Positions 47,201 through 56,873 of a stretch of 64,000 nucleotides of DNA are shown here, piece by piece. The notes under the pieces were generated by a model. That model was not told the DNA's origin and ran no database searches. It saw only the letters and a list, made by a program, of their open reading frames with translations. Made by a program: the position numbers and the translations under genes. Numbering within the stretch: the stretch's first letter is position 1; each line of letters begins with the position of its first letter. The stretch is from a virus, in IMG/VR virus record IMGVR_UViG_3300036398_003294, positions 8,400 to 72,399 of that record; one strand, 5' to 3'.

Positions 47201-50200
47201 TGTTGAGCCTATTCTTTTCACTATTCAAAATGAAACGACTACTAAAATCACTTCAACCAAATATAGCTTTAATCCAAATGACTACACAATAGAGCAAACA
47301 GTAACTCCTCAAGTTTATGTAGGTGCTGAAATTGTAGGTATCTTTGATGATACTCAAATTCCTACTTTTGACTACACAACAAATATCTTAACTTTACCTA
47401 ATGCGAACACAGAAGATTACACAGTCAAAATCTCTTATTCTATTAAACAAGCTATTGGTGGTGAATACACTATTAAAGTTGTTAATCCTATTTGGTTGCC
47501 TTTAATGCAAATTCCCAAAGGCAGTACAGGTTTTGATATTTATGGCGACTACACTAGCATCGTTAAAGCAAACTCTGTTATTAAATCCACTACTGAATTT
47601 TTTGTTGTAGATACTGCTACCTATGCAAATGGTAAAACTACTATAACCTTTGATGGCAATCCAGCTAAATTTGATAGTGGTGCTAGATCACCAAGTGATG
47701 ATCCCAAAATCTTTGTCTTATCTAATGAAAATATCTTTATTGCTTTAAGCACACTCACAGGCAATAATAACCATGTCATCAATGCCAAACCTTTATCTAG
47801 TAGTATAACCATCAGTGAAGATGTTACTGCATTTATCCAAGTAAATACCTTGATGTTCTTAGATACAGATTGCTATCAAGTAAAGTCCATCCAATTATCC
47901 GATGATCAAACAAGAACTATCATTACATTTACAAGTGTTTTAAGCATAGATGTAAGCAGTGAACCTATAATTACTGTTAGTGCAAGACCTGTCTATAATC
48001 AAAATGATACTAAGATCTATGGCAAACCTTTCTTAGCTGATCAAGACTATAAACTTATTAAATACGATACAGAATTTGGCATAGGCAGTGAATTAGTACC
48101 TAACTTTGATTATTCTATTAATGATACTACAGGTGAAATCCAATTAAATCTTAACCATTCCGTGCAACCTAATATCTCTTATTATTTCTTCCACACTAGA
48201 CCACAAAGCCTTAGTCCTTTTCTTTCTAATGGCAGATTGATTTATCCTACCTTTAAAGCAAACTTCAATCAATATATCGAATCACCATATATAGGTAAAA
48301 AACTTTTTGCCAAATGTGTGATCAATGCACAAGACCAATTTTATTTAAGAGTAGTAGAACAAGATGATTATGAAAGCGAAGTCAATTTTACTACTTCTTC
48401 AACTAATGGCAGATCTAAGTCTTTTGGTGATACTCCTAAAGGTGTAGGCTTAGGTATTTATGATGATCTAGCTAAAGATGTCATTGCTCGTAAAAACTTA
48501 TCTGATTATAATCAAGTAATCACAAACCTAGAAAACCTTGACCTTGATCGTTCTGTTGGTGATCAAGATGGTGCTTTTAAATTTGAAATCATTCAAGCCA
48601 CTTCAGATTATTTTGGCACAGGTTTAGAAGATCCACTCACTAGAGAATTAAATCCTAGATATGTTGCTTTAGAAATTCTTAATGTAGAAAATCCTAGTAC
48701 CTATCTTTTACCTACTGATCCTATTAAAATCAGTGCATCTTATAATCCTGTTACAGGTGGTTTAACAGTAGGATCTAATCCTACTGCTAGTCAAATCGAT
48801 ACCATTATCAATAAACAAAAATCTCTCATCTATAATGATATTGACGATCTTGTTTTAACAGACACTAAATCTGTATCCACCTTTTATTTCTTAGGTATCA
48901 ATTCTACTTTGTATTTCATTTGGAAATCCATGTCCAAAGATAGTGTCTTTTCAAGACTTTATCCTGAAAAAATGCAATCAGCTTATTTCCTAGCAGATGG
49001 TGATTTTAATTTTCTAGATACCTATGGCAAACGAATTGGATCTGTTTCTAATCCACTGCTCAATCCTATTACTAATATCTCTTCTCTTACCATGAGAAAA
49101 AGAGCAGGTGCTTATTTCGTCTATGACTACTCAAGCACAGGTTATGCAGGTATATCCACTAATCCTACTCTTATCTTATCTTCTGTACCTTTAAGCGAAT
49201 TTCCTATCGATCAAGATACAGGCTTGCCTAATACCAATGAACTTATCCATTCCTCTAATCCTACAGGCTCAACATATTCTGTTGCATCAGGTAATCCTAC
49301 TCTTGTTATTCCTCCACTCTCTATTGGTAATCTTATTGCTATCAGTAATGATAATAATACTTTCACTTCTATTAAAGATAGAAATAGTCCTGTCATTAGC
49401 TTAACTTCTTTTGACTATCGCAATGCTCAAATCCAAGATATTATTCAAGGTTGCTATGTTGTCTTAAATACTACAGCTCCTATCGTAGATAATATTTCCT
49501 TAAATGCTACCTTTGGTCAAACCATCCTCCAAAATCTATCAGGTGGTGATATCGATAACCAAACACCTTCTCTCTTTGAATATCGTATTGGTTTTGATGT
49601 TAAAGTAAATTATAAATCAGGTAGCATCATAGATAATAGCTACCCATCTTTAAATGATCCCAACTTGCCTATTAAAGAATTTGTTGAACAAAATCCTCCT
49701 AGTCCTAATGAATGCCTTGAAGGTGATGTTTTCTTTAATTACACAGCTACAGAACCTTTTGAACAACTGCCTGCTCTTAATGGTCTTAACCAAAATGATT
49801 CAGGTCTTTTGTCTATCCCTTATGCTAACCTCAATGGCAAAGAAAGAGAACTCCTAAACAGACTTACTAGAGATATTAAAGCTATCCTATATAAACAATA
49901 TGCAGGCAACCTTGTTTATCCTGATGAACTTCGTTTCGATTTAAATATTGACACTTCAACAGGCACGATTATCAATCCTAATATTGACCCTACTGATAAA
50001 AATGATCTTGTTATCATTAAAGGTCATGGTTTCTACCAATCATCCAGCGATTCCGAACTCATTATCCCAAGAATGAATATCTCCTCTAATAACAATATTG
50101 TAGAATATAAACTCTCTAACTTTATCACAGGCAACGAATTTATTGTTTATCCACCCTCTCTTATTTCTGTATTCCCAACTACTGTCTACCAATACAGATT

Positions 50201-52814
50201 AAAATTTATTCCTCCTAATACAAATTATGATTTCACTTCTCTTTTTAATACTCAACAAACTCCTATCCTATTTAAATTTATACAAGCAGGTGCTTATACT
50301 GATACTTGTGTTCAATTTACTTTCAATGGTTCACAATGGTCTGTCACCACTAGCATCTTATCCCCCACAAGCTATAATATTTCTAACCTTGACCTTTCTA
50401 CTATTAATGAAATCAAATTTCAAACTGTTGGTGTTCTTTCCTCTATCTATGGTCTAACTCCTGATATTCCTTTTAATACTATGATCCCTTTCACCTGCTC
50501 TCTTAATGATTCCCATAATGATAATAACCTCACTATTAATGAAGATAGATGCTCCATTACTCACCAATATATAGACTTCTCTTATTTTGCTCCTACTAAT
50601 ACGACTATCGATAATGTAAATGTCCAAACTGAACTTATTATAGGTATCACTAATGTTGCTTATTATGACTTAAATTTATCTACACCATCTATTCAACCTA
50701 TCGCAACTAATTCTTCTTTCTCTTCTAATGCTCTACAACCATATACCTTCTACTCTTCTTCAAATCCAAACACTTTACTTATCCCTTCTTTCTTTGGCAA
50801 AGGTAACATACCTCTATCCTACAATAATATCACAGGCAATTTATTTACTTCTGCTAAAGTTGACACTGACTCAACACTCCCCACTAACTACACTGCATAC
50901 TTCCACCACTCTTCTAATTCTAATTATTTTCTCACTCTCTTTAATATCTCAGCACCAATAGATAATGTCTTGCCTAATGATCTTGTCTTCTTTAATGGCA
51001 TTTCTCTTTTAGGTATCGTTAAAGAAACTGCATTAACTCCTACCATAACCATCAATCTCAATCCTGCTTTTCCTACATTCTCTTCTGCTAATAATACAGA
51101 AATCCAAATGATTGATGCTTTCGATACTTCTACCTTCACTAACACTACCATTTACATCCAAATCGATGCAGATCAATCTATGTATAAATGCACAGGTATC
51201 TCATATAATCCTGCCACTAAAATTATCTCTATTGGTACGATCGTTCAATATGACTATAATACAAACTCCACTACTCCTATCCTAACTCCTATCTCTTTAT
51301 CTTCAGGTTATGTTACAGGTCAAACTATCGTACCCTTTGACAACTTTTCTTCATCCTTCCCTTTTAATTCCAATGCCACTGTTAATAACCATACCAAGAC
51401 TTTTAACACAAACACCACTGCTAATAATAAAATCACTTTCTCCACTGAAACTATTTTTCTTAGAGCATATATAACCACTGCCACACTTACATACTCTATT
51501 ACTACACCTGCCATTAAACTTAATTCTACTGCTCCTAGTCTTCTTAATGCTAACCTTGCTACTCTTAATACTTCTACTCTTTTCACTGACTACCTTACTA
51601 ACATCAACACATACCTTTTCCCATCTCCACCACCCGTACCACCTAACGACAACCTTACTCTTCCTGTCACTTTCTCTATTAGACGAACTAGACGATTTGA
51701 TCAAAAATTCTCTTCTTTCCAAGCTGACTACATTAAAAATTTCTACCTAAGAATCCAAACCTCTTCACCTTCCATCTCATACTCTAATCCTTATCTTATC
51801 ACCTTTAATAATCCTACTAATATCGATGCACTCTCTATCGGTGATATCCTTGCACAAGCTAATACTCCTTTTGCTCGTATCACTAATATAGACAATAATA
51901 ACTTCACTGCTCTTATCTTTGACCAATCTGTTACACCTACTGCAAACACTTATTATTATGCCTACAAACAAAACAGTAAACCTATAGAACAATCTCTTAT
52001 CCAGCTTATTAATAATAATCTCATCACTAAAAATAATATACTAGCATCACAATCACCTATCTCTATCACTAACCTAAATGAATTTACTTTTCCTTTAACA
52101 GAAGACATCACACCTATTAAAACAGGTCAATATCTTTTCATCTATCCTAATCCACTTGGTGAAGCTAGATCTAGCACTACTCATCCTTCTCTTGATGATA
52201 ATCGTGGTCTTTATCTTATTACTAATATAGATACAAACACTAGAATTTTATCTCTTGATCCTATTATAGGCACTGACTATCTTACTTATGATAATGCTTA
52301 TCCTACTAATTACTCTTTTGATCTTATTCCTACTGTAGATATTCCTATCTCACAATGGTCTATTATAGATCTTGCTCAATCAAATGATCTACCTATCATT
52401 GCTTATCTTCTTTATGAGAGATTATTATCTTATGTCTATAATCTTTCTTCTTTATATGCCTCTCAACCTTATCTACCTACTTGGCAAGATTTCTTTTATG
52501 CAGGTTATGCCTCTTCTACTGATCCTGATATTTTAGGTATTGATGATACTACTACTATTACTAATCCTCAATTCTTAGATGTTATAGGTAATGTAGATAC
52601 ATATCCTTATCAACCTACAGACCAAAGACTTTCTATTTTAGATAGACGATATTATATTGAAGATCCTTTCTTAATTTTAGATGGTTATCTTAATAGCTTA
52701 CCTAGTGCTTTAAAGTCTTTTCTTGAAGACACTATTGATGGTTTTGATTTGCGATCTAGTAGATATTATTGGTTAAACATCCGTGCAAATAAAGTTTATG
52801 GCACTAAAAAGTAG
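44253..52814 (+). CDS. Giant (2853 aa) beta-rich virion structural protein, probably baseplate/tail-associated
   Basis: T/S/N/D-rich with recurring DYSINDTTGEIQL / SINSSTGEITL-type strands; no enzyme motifs seen. Confidence 0.6.
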   Translation: MSSKIILDTKNANTNQSTTSLATRFIGNRDAYRQGTLCFDQGQVEYLLISMNNSKIAWSLNPVRNFTLNPTGNMDGNYYEYKIQTYDAIKSPVPTSTKFLKPNLFYSLVNNLTDADFYLEEPLFHWTRNDSSKQRFDWDGQNWKLLKGGSPVSLGILTTSEYSLPKGLIDEDNVFVNLIYIGQDLIPATTKKFSVKPDPFTFDGTFDVAIFVDQNKVQFKDAFIQANAGKEIWFFNESLDTSDGIVHPIYDSYYLSPKPQGFETPLLRLGNREYLSVQYYDDESLFPLSLEKGIAYISKQTSKVSLLNPDNYTLYYDGLVLSSKPVSFVEPVLIENGKINPKTNFTAGFDVIADGTGILPTGDNPTSSRPDGSGLKIAVLNKYNYVINDVGDMIDVNIYPTYEDLPNDLKWSKAYLTLVKNPSDFTINIEFKSTFLSFQQDKGRSLYFTQSAIPLKSYTKYNDTDFRIYSAKQDKYTITGGVLRLVINGITRNLDFNSLTGNKQAWEIQDHFDTLLGSSNNPIKSENRYLVIKASSSVQILDTSDLEILQALGFVTHQNITDWYLTTGLYFDLQKRNDNNADYDFTSTILYNDIQVTKEIIQSTYAFLDFIPREDFDGYSENTFFKVGKNTLTADVEIQHLFNESKFAWIRNITRTRKIDTPTAILDLEPGVVDQSTSITLTKDKFTANLVENETFDTNIAGFARYFTRYSKQIEQGFNAVINDEEYTLDATYDINPNDWIQTSTHFFKVLDVNANVLSLSSIPSDTSWKAFKGYSEPDPSLLTSECFISLNNVRSFLKVKKVHATGSNTLKQTITAKCSIEENLIARFNDNTEQAVTILKDVALGLSTDQCFVDITDPRVLDLQFKIRVGSDATLYTPVFDTPSADVSINSSTGEITLSTALTSLTGDVVFIPLAYQNIEVLISSETTSEFYGVNKPAYIIEEVSHDDYVVETTGGNISFLSPLDAGVSIEVEYYTDENTQIVEPILFTIQNETTTKITSTKYSFNPNDYTIEQTVTPQVYVGAEIVGIFDDTQIPTFDYTTNILTLPNANTEDYTVKISYSIKQAIGGEYTIKVVNPIWLPLMQIPKGSTGFDIYGDYTSIVKANSVIKSTTEFFVVDTATYANGKTTITFDGNPAKFDSGARSPSDDPKIFVLSNENIFIALSTLTGNNNHVINAKPLSSSITISEDVTAFIQVNTLMFLDTDCYQVKSIQLSDDQTRTIITFTSVLSIDVSSEPIITVSARPVYNQNDTKIYGKPFLADQDYKLIKYDTEFGIGSELVPNFDYSINDTTGEIQLNLNHSVQPNISYYFFHTRPQSLSPFLSNGRLIYPTFKANFNQYIESPYIGKKLFAKCVINAQDQFYLRVVEQDDYESEVNFTTSSTNGRSKSFGDTPKGVGLGIYDDLAKDVIARKNLSDYNQVITNLENLDLDRSVGDQDGAFKFEIIQATSDYFGTGLEDPLTRELNPRYVALEILNVENPSTYLLPTDPIKISASYNPVTGGLTVGSNPTASQIDTIINKQKSLIYNDIDDLVLTDTKSVSTFYFLGINSTLYFIWKSMSKDSVFSRLYPEKMQSAYFLADGDFNFLDTYGKRIGSVSNPLLNPITNISSLTMRKRAGAYFVYDYSSTGYAGISTNPTLILSSVPLSEFPIDQDTGLPNTNELIHSSNPTGSTYSVASGNPTLVIPPLSIGNLIAISNDNNTFTSIKDRNSPVISLTSFDYRNAQIQDIIQGCYVVLNTTAPIVDNISLNATFGQTILQNLSGGDIDNQTPSLFEYRIGFDVKVNYKSGSIIDNSYPSLNDPNLPIKEFVEQNPPSPNECLEGDVFFNYTATEPFEQLPALNGLNQNDSGLLSIPYANLNGKERELLNRLTRDIKAILYKQYAGNLVYPDELRFDLNIDTSTGTIINPNIDPTDKNDLVIIKGHGFYQSSSDSELIIPRMNISSNNNIVEYKLSNFITGNEFIVYPPSLISVFPTTVYQYRLKFIPPNTNYDFTSLFNTQQTPILFKFIQAGAYTDTCVQFTFNGSQWSVTTSILSPTSYNISNLDLSTINEIKFQTVGVLSSIYGLTPDIPFNTMIPFTCSLNDSHNDNNLTINEDRCSITHQYIDFSYFAPTNTTIDNVNVQTELIIGITNVAYYDLNLSTPSIQPIATNSSFSSNALQPYTFYSSSNPNTLLIPSFFGKGNIPLSYNNITGNLFTSAKVDTDSTLPTNYTAYFHHSSNSNYFLTLFNISAPIDNVLPNDLVFFNGISLLGIVKETALTPTITINLNPAFPTFSSANNTEIQMIDAFDTSTFTNTTIYIQIDADQSMYKCTGISYNPATKIISIGTIVQYDYNTNSTTPILTPISLSSGYVTGQTIVPFDNFSSSFPFNSNATVNNHTKTFNTNTTANNKITFSTETIFLRAYITTATLTYSITTPAIKLNSTAPSLLNANLATLNTSTLFTDYLTNINTYLFPSPPPVPPNDNLTLPVTFSIRRTRRFDQKFSSFQADYIKNFYLRIQTSSPSISYSNPYLITFNNPTNIDALSIGDILAQANTPFARITNIDNNNFTALIFDQSVTPTANTYYYAYKQNSKPIEQSLIQLINNNLITKNNILASQSPISITNLNEFTFPLTEDITPIKTGQYLFIYPNPLGEARSSTTHPSLDDNRGLYLITNIDTNTRILSLDPIIGTDYLTYDNAYPTNYSFDLIPTVDIPISQWSIIDLAQSNDLPIIAYLLYERLLSYVYNLSSLYASQPYLPTWQDFFYAGYASSTDPDILGIDDTTTITNPQFLDVIGNVDTYPYQPTDQRLSILDRRYYIEDPFLILDGYLNSLPSALKSFLEDTIDGFDLRSSRYYWLNIRANKVYGTKK

Positions 52815-52857
52815 TCGGTATTCGTCTTTATATTATATGAAACATTAGTTTATTTGT

Positions 52858-52890
52858 ACATAACCTCGTTTTGAAAAAACATGGTTATGT
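52858..52890. terminator. Stem-loop between convergent genes (possible bidirectional terminator or origin element)
   Basis: acataacc / ggttatgt outer arms with gtttt / aaaac inner arms. Confidence 0.4.
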
Positions 52891-53100
52891 GTGTGCAGGT
52901 CTTGTATGTGCAGAAAAGACTAAACCCATATTGAAAATGGAAAAGAAAAAATTGAAAATGAAATAGTTTTTGGAAAATAAATTATATAAGCAGTTTATCC
53001 GATTTTTGAAAAGTATATCTATATGGGAAAAAGTTTATCTAAGTTATTGAAAAGATTGAAATCGAAAAAATTGAAATAAATAAAGTAAATAAAAAGGGAA

Positions 53101-53562
53101 TCAGATTTTATAGAGTCTAACAAAAGGTAGATAGAGCTGGATATTGGGAAGGATGTGAACAAAAAGGGAATTGATGTTAGACATTTTATGTAAAAGACCA
53201 TCATAGGATTGTAGTTGTTCATTAGAGATAAGACCAAGAACATAAAGATTTTGATCATTATCAGAGAAATGGGAAAGGGAATGAGTAGGTAGTAAAGAGT
53301 TGGTAGTGGATAGGTAGTACTGGTATTTAAGATGAAGGGACTGTTGGAGAGCAAGTACAGCTTTTTCAGCATCCTCAAAGGAAAAGTTTTCATCATGAAA
53401 GAAAGGATAGAGAAGTGCTTTAGCAGGAGTATGTAAAAATTCTGAGAGAATGGAAAGGTCTTGCTGGTAAAGTTGAGTAAGAGTATCAACAGAGATAGGT
53501 AGGATTTCAATCTTTGCATAAGATTGATTAATAGGAAAAGATTTATGAAGGATTTTAAGCAT
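53101..53562 (-). CDS. Hypothetical protein
   Basis: Starts 5 nt after upstream minus-strand gene; the overlapping 166-aa frame looks spurious. Confidence 0.55.
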   Translation of the reverse strand: MLKILHKSFPINQSYAKIEILPISVDTLTQLYQQDLSILSEFLHTPAKALLYPFFHDENFSFEDAEKAVLALQQSLHLKYQYYLSTTNSLLPTHSLSHFSDNDQNLYVLGLISNEQLQSYDGLLHKMSNINSLFVHILPNIQLYLPFVRLYKI

Positions 53563-53567
53563 AGTGG

Positions 53568-53810
53568 TTAATCCATATAAGGAAGGTTGTTAAATTGTTT
53601 GGGATTGACAACAAGAACATTGCCTGTAAGAAAAGGAAAGAAAGGATTAGCAGGAAGATCTAAGACCAAACCTTCTTCATTAAAAAGAAGAGTATTAGAA
53701 CCTTTATTAAGGATTTGAACAAGACCACCTACAAGAGATTGAGCATGAGAAAAAGAAGTGATTTCAATTTCTGATTGAACACCATTAGAAGAGAAAAGAG
53801 TAGCTTTCAT
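53568..53810 (-). CDS. DUF3846-like small protein
   Basis: Q.LVGG.VQ....NEEG....LP.N....G.VLV. Confidence 0.75.
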   Translation of the reverse strand: MKATLFSSNGVQSEIEITSFSHAQSLVGGLVQILNKGSNTLLFNEEGLVLDLPANPFFPFLTGNVLVVNPKQFNNLPYMD

Positions 53811-53842
53811 AGCTGTAAGTCCTTTGTTGAGTTACTGTAATA

Positions 53843-53871
53843 AAACACTTGTGTGTAAGCAATCATTGCAA
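53843..53871 (-). promoter_or_regulatory. Conserved motif copy 7
   Basis: minus strand ttgcaat gatt gc ttacacac aagtgttt. Confidence 0.75.
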
Positions 53872-53874
53872 CTT

Positions 53875-54162
53875 TTAAAAAGTTTTTTTACTAAGTAGGA
53901 ATTTGAGTTTAGGTTTGATTGAAGCAGGATTTGTTTCTTCAATATAGAAACTTCTTGACTTGCCTAAGTCATTGCCTAAATCTTTTCTGACTTGGACAAA
54001 GAAATAGACCTTACCTTTTTGTATGTGTTGCATACCATGTATGTGTATGCAGGTAGTATCATCAAGTTGATGATAGATGCAACCAGATGCTTGTGCATCA
54101 GTAGTCATATTTGGATAAGCAACAGAAAGAGCAGAGATGATATGTTGAGATAAAGTGTTCAT
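53875..54162 (-). CDS. Hypothetical protein
   Basis: AAGGAG RBS. Confidence 0.75.
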   Translation of the reverse strand: MNTLSQHIISALSVAYPNMTTDAQASGCIYHQLDDTTCIHIHGMQHIQKGKVYFFVQVRKDLGNDLGKSRSFYIEETNPASIKPKLKFLLSKKTF

Positions 54163-54171
54163 AGTGACTCC

Positions 54172-54465
54172 TTATTTGATGTTTTTGGGAAAAAAGGTTT
54201 TGAGTATTTTTATGCAGTCATCTGCTTTACAGGATTCATACCTGTCTTCAATATGGACTTCATGTTTGTCCATGATAGACATAGAGAAGGTGCAGATTGC
54301 TCTACATATAGGTGTTTTGTAGACAAGAGTAAATCTTGTTGTGTCTTGGTGCTTACCTGTATAAACACAAGTAAATACATAGCCATCAAAATCACATTCA
54401 GAAGTGATTTCTAGGTTGCTGTACTTTGCTCTAAGAGAGTTTAACAAATCATTAAAGTGGATCAT
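54172..54465 (-). CDS. Hypothetical protein
   Basis: AAAGGA RBS; behind motif copy 8. Confidence 0.75.
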   Translation of the reverse strand: MIHFNDLLNSLRAKYSNLEITSECDFDGYVFTCVYTGKHQDTTRFTLVYKTPICRAICTFSMSIMDKHEVHIEDRYESCKADDCIKILKTFFPKNIK

Positions 54466-54503
54466 TTTTCATTTCCTTTCGTTTTACATTACCTACATAT
54501 ATA

Positions 54504-54532
54504 AAACACTTGTGGATTAGCTTTGATTGCAA
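54504..54532 (-). promoter_or_regulatory. Conserved motif copy 8 (divergent from copy 9)
   Basis: minus strand ttgcaat caaa gc taatccac aagtgttt. Confidence 0.75.
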
Positions 54533-54573
54533 TTTTGAGAAAGTTTTTTTATGGGAAAAATATTTTTATAAAG

Positions 54574-54602
54574 TTGCAATGGATGCTTATCCATAAGTGT
54601 TT
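54574..54602 (+). promoter_or_regulatory. Conserved motif copy 9
   Basis: ttgcaat ggat gc ttatccat aagtgttt. Confidence 0.75.
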
Positions 54603-54653
54603 TATTACCATAGGTATGTAGGTTGTGATTAAACAAAACACGGAGTAAAAGCT

Positions 54654-54956
54654 ATGTCAAAGCTAAAAATGTTAAATGATCTTAAGCTCAAATTAGAAAA
54701 TTCAAAAATTGAGTTTAGTCATGTAGTGGCAAACAAGATGATTGAGATCAAACACCAAGCACTTGCAAATAGCAAGATTGAGATCAAGGTTTCTTGTGAA
54801 AAAGATGAGTATGGTGCATATCTCAAAGTCCATGTGAATGATGATTGTCTTGGGATGTTTGCAGAAAACACAGACACAGAATTTACAAGTGTAGTGAAAC
54901 TAACCAACAGTATTAAATCAGTGATTAAATATGAAAGTGAGTATTGGGGATGTTAG
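54654..54956 (+). CDS. Hypothetical protein
   Basis: GGAG RBS. Confidence 0.75.
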   Translation: MSKLKMLNDLKLKLENSKIEFSHVVANKMIEIKHQALANSKIEIKVSCEKDEYGAYLKVHVNDDCLGMFAENTDTEFTSVVKLTNSIKSVIKYESEYWGC

Positions 54957-55204
54957 AAGTCAGTAAAGAAAAGTTGAAGTCAGCAAATGACTACCTAGTG
55001 CAAGCAAATGGTAGTTTGTCATACAAGACAATCCTACTAGAAATCCTACCAGATATTTTGGATTTAGATATTCACAAAGTGAGTGCAACTGAGTTGGTAG
55101 GAAAAAACTACTTTTTATATGATCATATAAAAAGAGAACATAAAGATGAATATCCAGCTTTATTGAGTGCATTGGCATTATCAGTGCCTAATGAAAAGCA
55201 GTAA
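54944..55204 (+). CDS. Hypothetical protein
   Basis: Overlaps previous stop; start probably the second Met. Confidence 0.65.
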   Translation: MGMLEVSKEKLKSANDYLVQANGSLSYKTILLEILPDILDLDIHKVSATELVGKNYFLYDHIKREHKDEYPALLSALALSVPNEKQ

Positions 55205-55220
55205 AGTTTTTTTCATAAAG

Positions 55221-55249
55221 TTGCAATAGATGCTTATCCATAAGTGTTT
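55221..55249 (+). promoter_or_regulatory. Conserved motif copy 10
   Basis: ttgcaat agat gc ttatccat aagtgttt. Confidence 0.75.
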
Positions 55250-55299
55250 TATTACCGTAGGTATGTAGGTTGTGATTAAACAAACAAAGGAAAAAACAA

Positions 55300-55632
55300 A
55301 TGATTAAGTCAATTGTAAAAAAAGTTGCTCTTGCTCTTGCTAACCACTCAATTTCATTAAAAGTGGAAACACTAGATAATGAAGAGGCTTTTGTCACAGT
55401 GGAAAAAGAAGGTGTGTATTATTCACTAATTTTGCTTAGTGATTATGCAGAATTTTCTGAAACATATTTCAATGATGACATTGGATGTGAAGATCAGAGA
55501 ATTCTTCTTGAAGAAAAAGACTATGAGATTGAAACTTTAGTAGGCAAGATTGCAGGCATTATGGATGCACAGATTGAATCTTTTAGAAAAGAATTAGAGT
55601 TTCTAATGTCTTTAGGTGCAAAAAATAATTAA
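55300..55632 (+). CDS. Acidic hypothetical protein
   Basis: AAAGGA RBS. Confidence 0.75.
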   Translation: MIKSIVKKVALALANHSISLKVETLDNEEAFVTVEKEGVYYSLILLSDYAEFSETYFNDDIGCEDQRILLEEKDYEIETLVGKIAGIMDAQIESFRKELEFLMSLGAKNN

Positions 55633-55639
55633 TATTTTT

Positions 55640-55668
55640 TTGCAATGAAAGCCACTTGGCAAGTGTTT
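55640..55668 (+). promoter_or_regulatory. Conserved motif copy 11
   Basis: ttgcaat gaaa gc cacttggc aagtgttt. Confidence 0.75.
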
Positions 55669-55702
55669 TATAAACAGACAAACAACAACAAACAAAAAAA
55701 GG

Positions 55703-56569
55703 ATGAAAAGAAAAATGATGAATACCTATTTTTCCCCTGATTACATTTCTCTCTCTAACTCACTAGAAACAGTGAGAAAATCTGAATGGCTTGCCAAGAA
55801 AATTCTTGGTAATGGTGGATTTTTGGTAGAGCCAAAACCTATTAATAGAGAGGAATTAGCTGAGTTCTTAGATCATGATTATGTAGCAAGTCTATTTGAT
55901 TTGACTTTGGATTGGTCTGCATTAGGTTCAAGGTGGAATAGTGATTTGCTCAAATCCATTAGACACTCAAATGGTGGAGTAAGAGATGCAGTGTTATCAG
56001 CCATTGAAAATGGATATGCAGGAAGTCTATCATCAGGCTTACACCATGCAGGTAGAAATTATGGCATGGGGTTTTGCCAAGTGAATGGTTTAGCTATGGG
56101 AGCAATCATAGCTAAACAGCATGGTAAAAGAGTAGGTGTCTTAGATGTAGATGCACACTTTGGTGGAGGTACTTATGACATCATAGGTGATTTAAATATA
56201 CCTATTGCAGATTTATCTACAAGTCAATTAGACAGTTGGAGATCTACAAGTAATATCCACCATGTAGATTTCTATACTGTTAGAGATAGACAATCCTATT
56301 TATCTAAGGTTCAAAAGGCTTTGGATCATTTAAAGGCTTGTGATGTGGACTTCATTATGCACAATGCAGGAATGGACCCAAGTCTAAATGGTATTAGCAA
56401 AGAAACCTTAGAGATGAGAGAAGAAATGGTAGCTAATTGGTGCAAAGACAATAACATCAAGGCTTGTTGGGTTTTAGCAGGTGGTTATCTATCAGATACC
56501 ATTACACCAGCAGTCTTAACAGATATGCACTATGCTACCTATAATAGTTTCAATAAGATTTCCCAATAA
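55703..56569 (+). CDS. Zn-dependent histone deacetylase/AcuC-family protein
   Basis: GLHHA, GFC..N, LDVDAHFGGGT, NAGMDP, LAGGY. Confidence 0.92.
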   Translation: MKRKMMNTYFSPDYISLSNSLETVRKSEWLAKKILGNGGFLVEPKPINREELAEFLDHDYVASLFDLTLDWSALGSRWNSDLLKSIRHSNGGVRDAVLSAIENGYAGSLSSGLHHAGRNYGMGFCQVNGLAMGAIIAKQHGKRVGVLDVDAHFGGGTYDIIGDLNIPIADLSTSQLDSWRSTSNIHHVDFYTVRDRQSYLSKVQKALDHLKACDVDFIMHNAGMDPSLNGISKETLEMREEMVANWCKDNNIKACWVLAGGYLSDTITPAVLTDMHYATYNSFNKISQ

Positions 56570-56583
56570 GAAAAGAGAAAAAC

Positions 56584-56823
56584 ATGAAAAGCCTTATCCA
56601 TACAACATCACATGAGTTACACACCTTAGAAGGATATGCTACCTATAACACAGTAGTAGAAAATCTTTCTGATCCAAACAATCCTTTCTTTTATCCACAT
56701 GGTGTAGAAAAGCCTTATGGATGGAATGACTATAATGACATTGAGATTTTTGTAGAAATGGAAAATGAAATAGGTGCAGATTTTTGGTCAATGGCACATC
56801 AGGTATATGTAAAGCAACTTTAA
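56584..56823 (+). CDS. Hypothetical protein
   Basis: 79-aa ORF in operon. Confidence 0.65.
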   Translation: MKSLIHTTSHELHTLEGYATYNTVVENLSDPNNPFFYPHGVEKPYGWNDYNDIEIFVEMENEIGADFWSMAHQVYVKQL

Positions 56824-56873
56824 ATTTTTAATTTATAGTCCTTAGATATAATATATAGAAAGGACTTTTTAAT

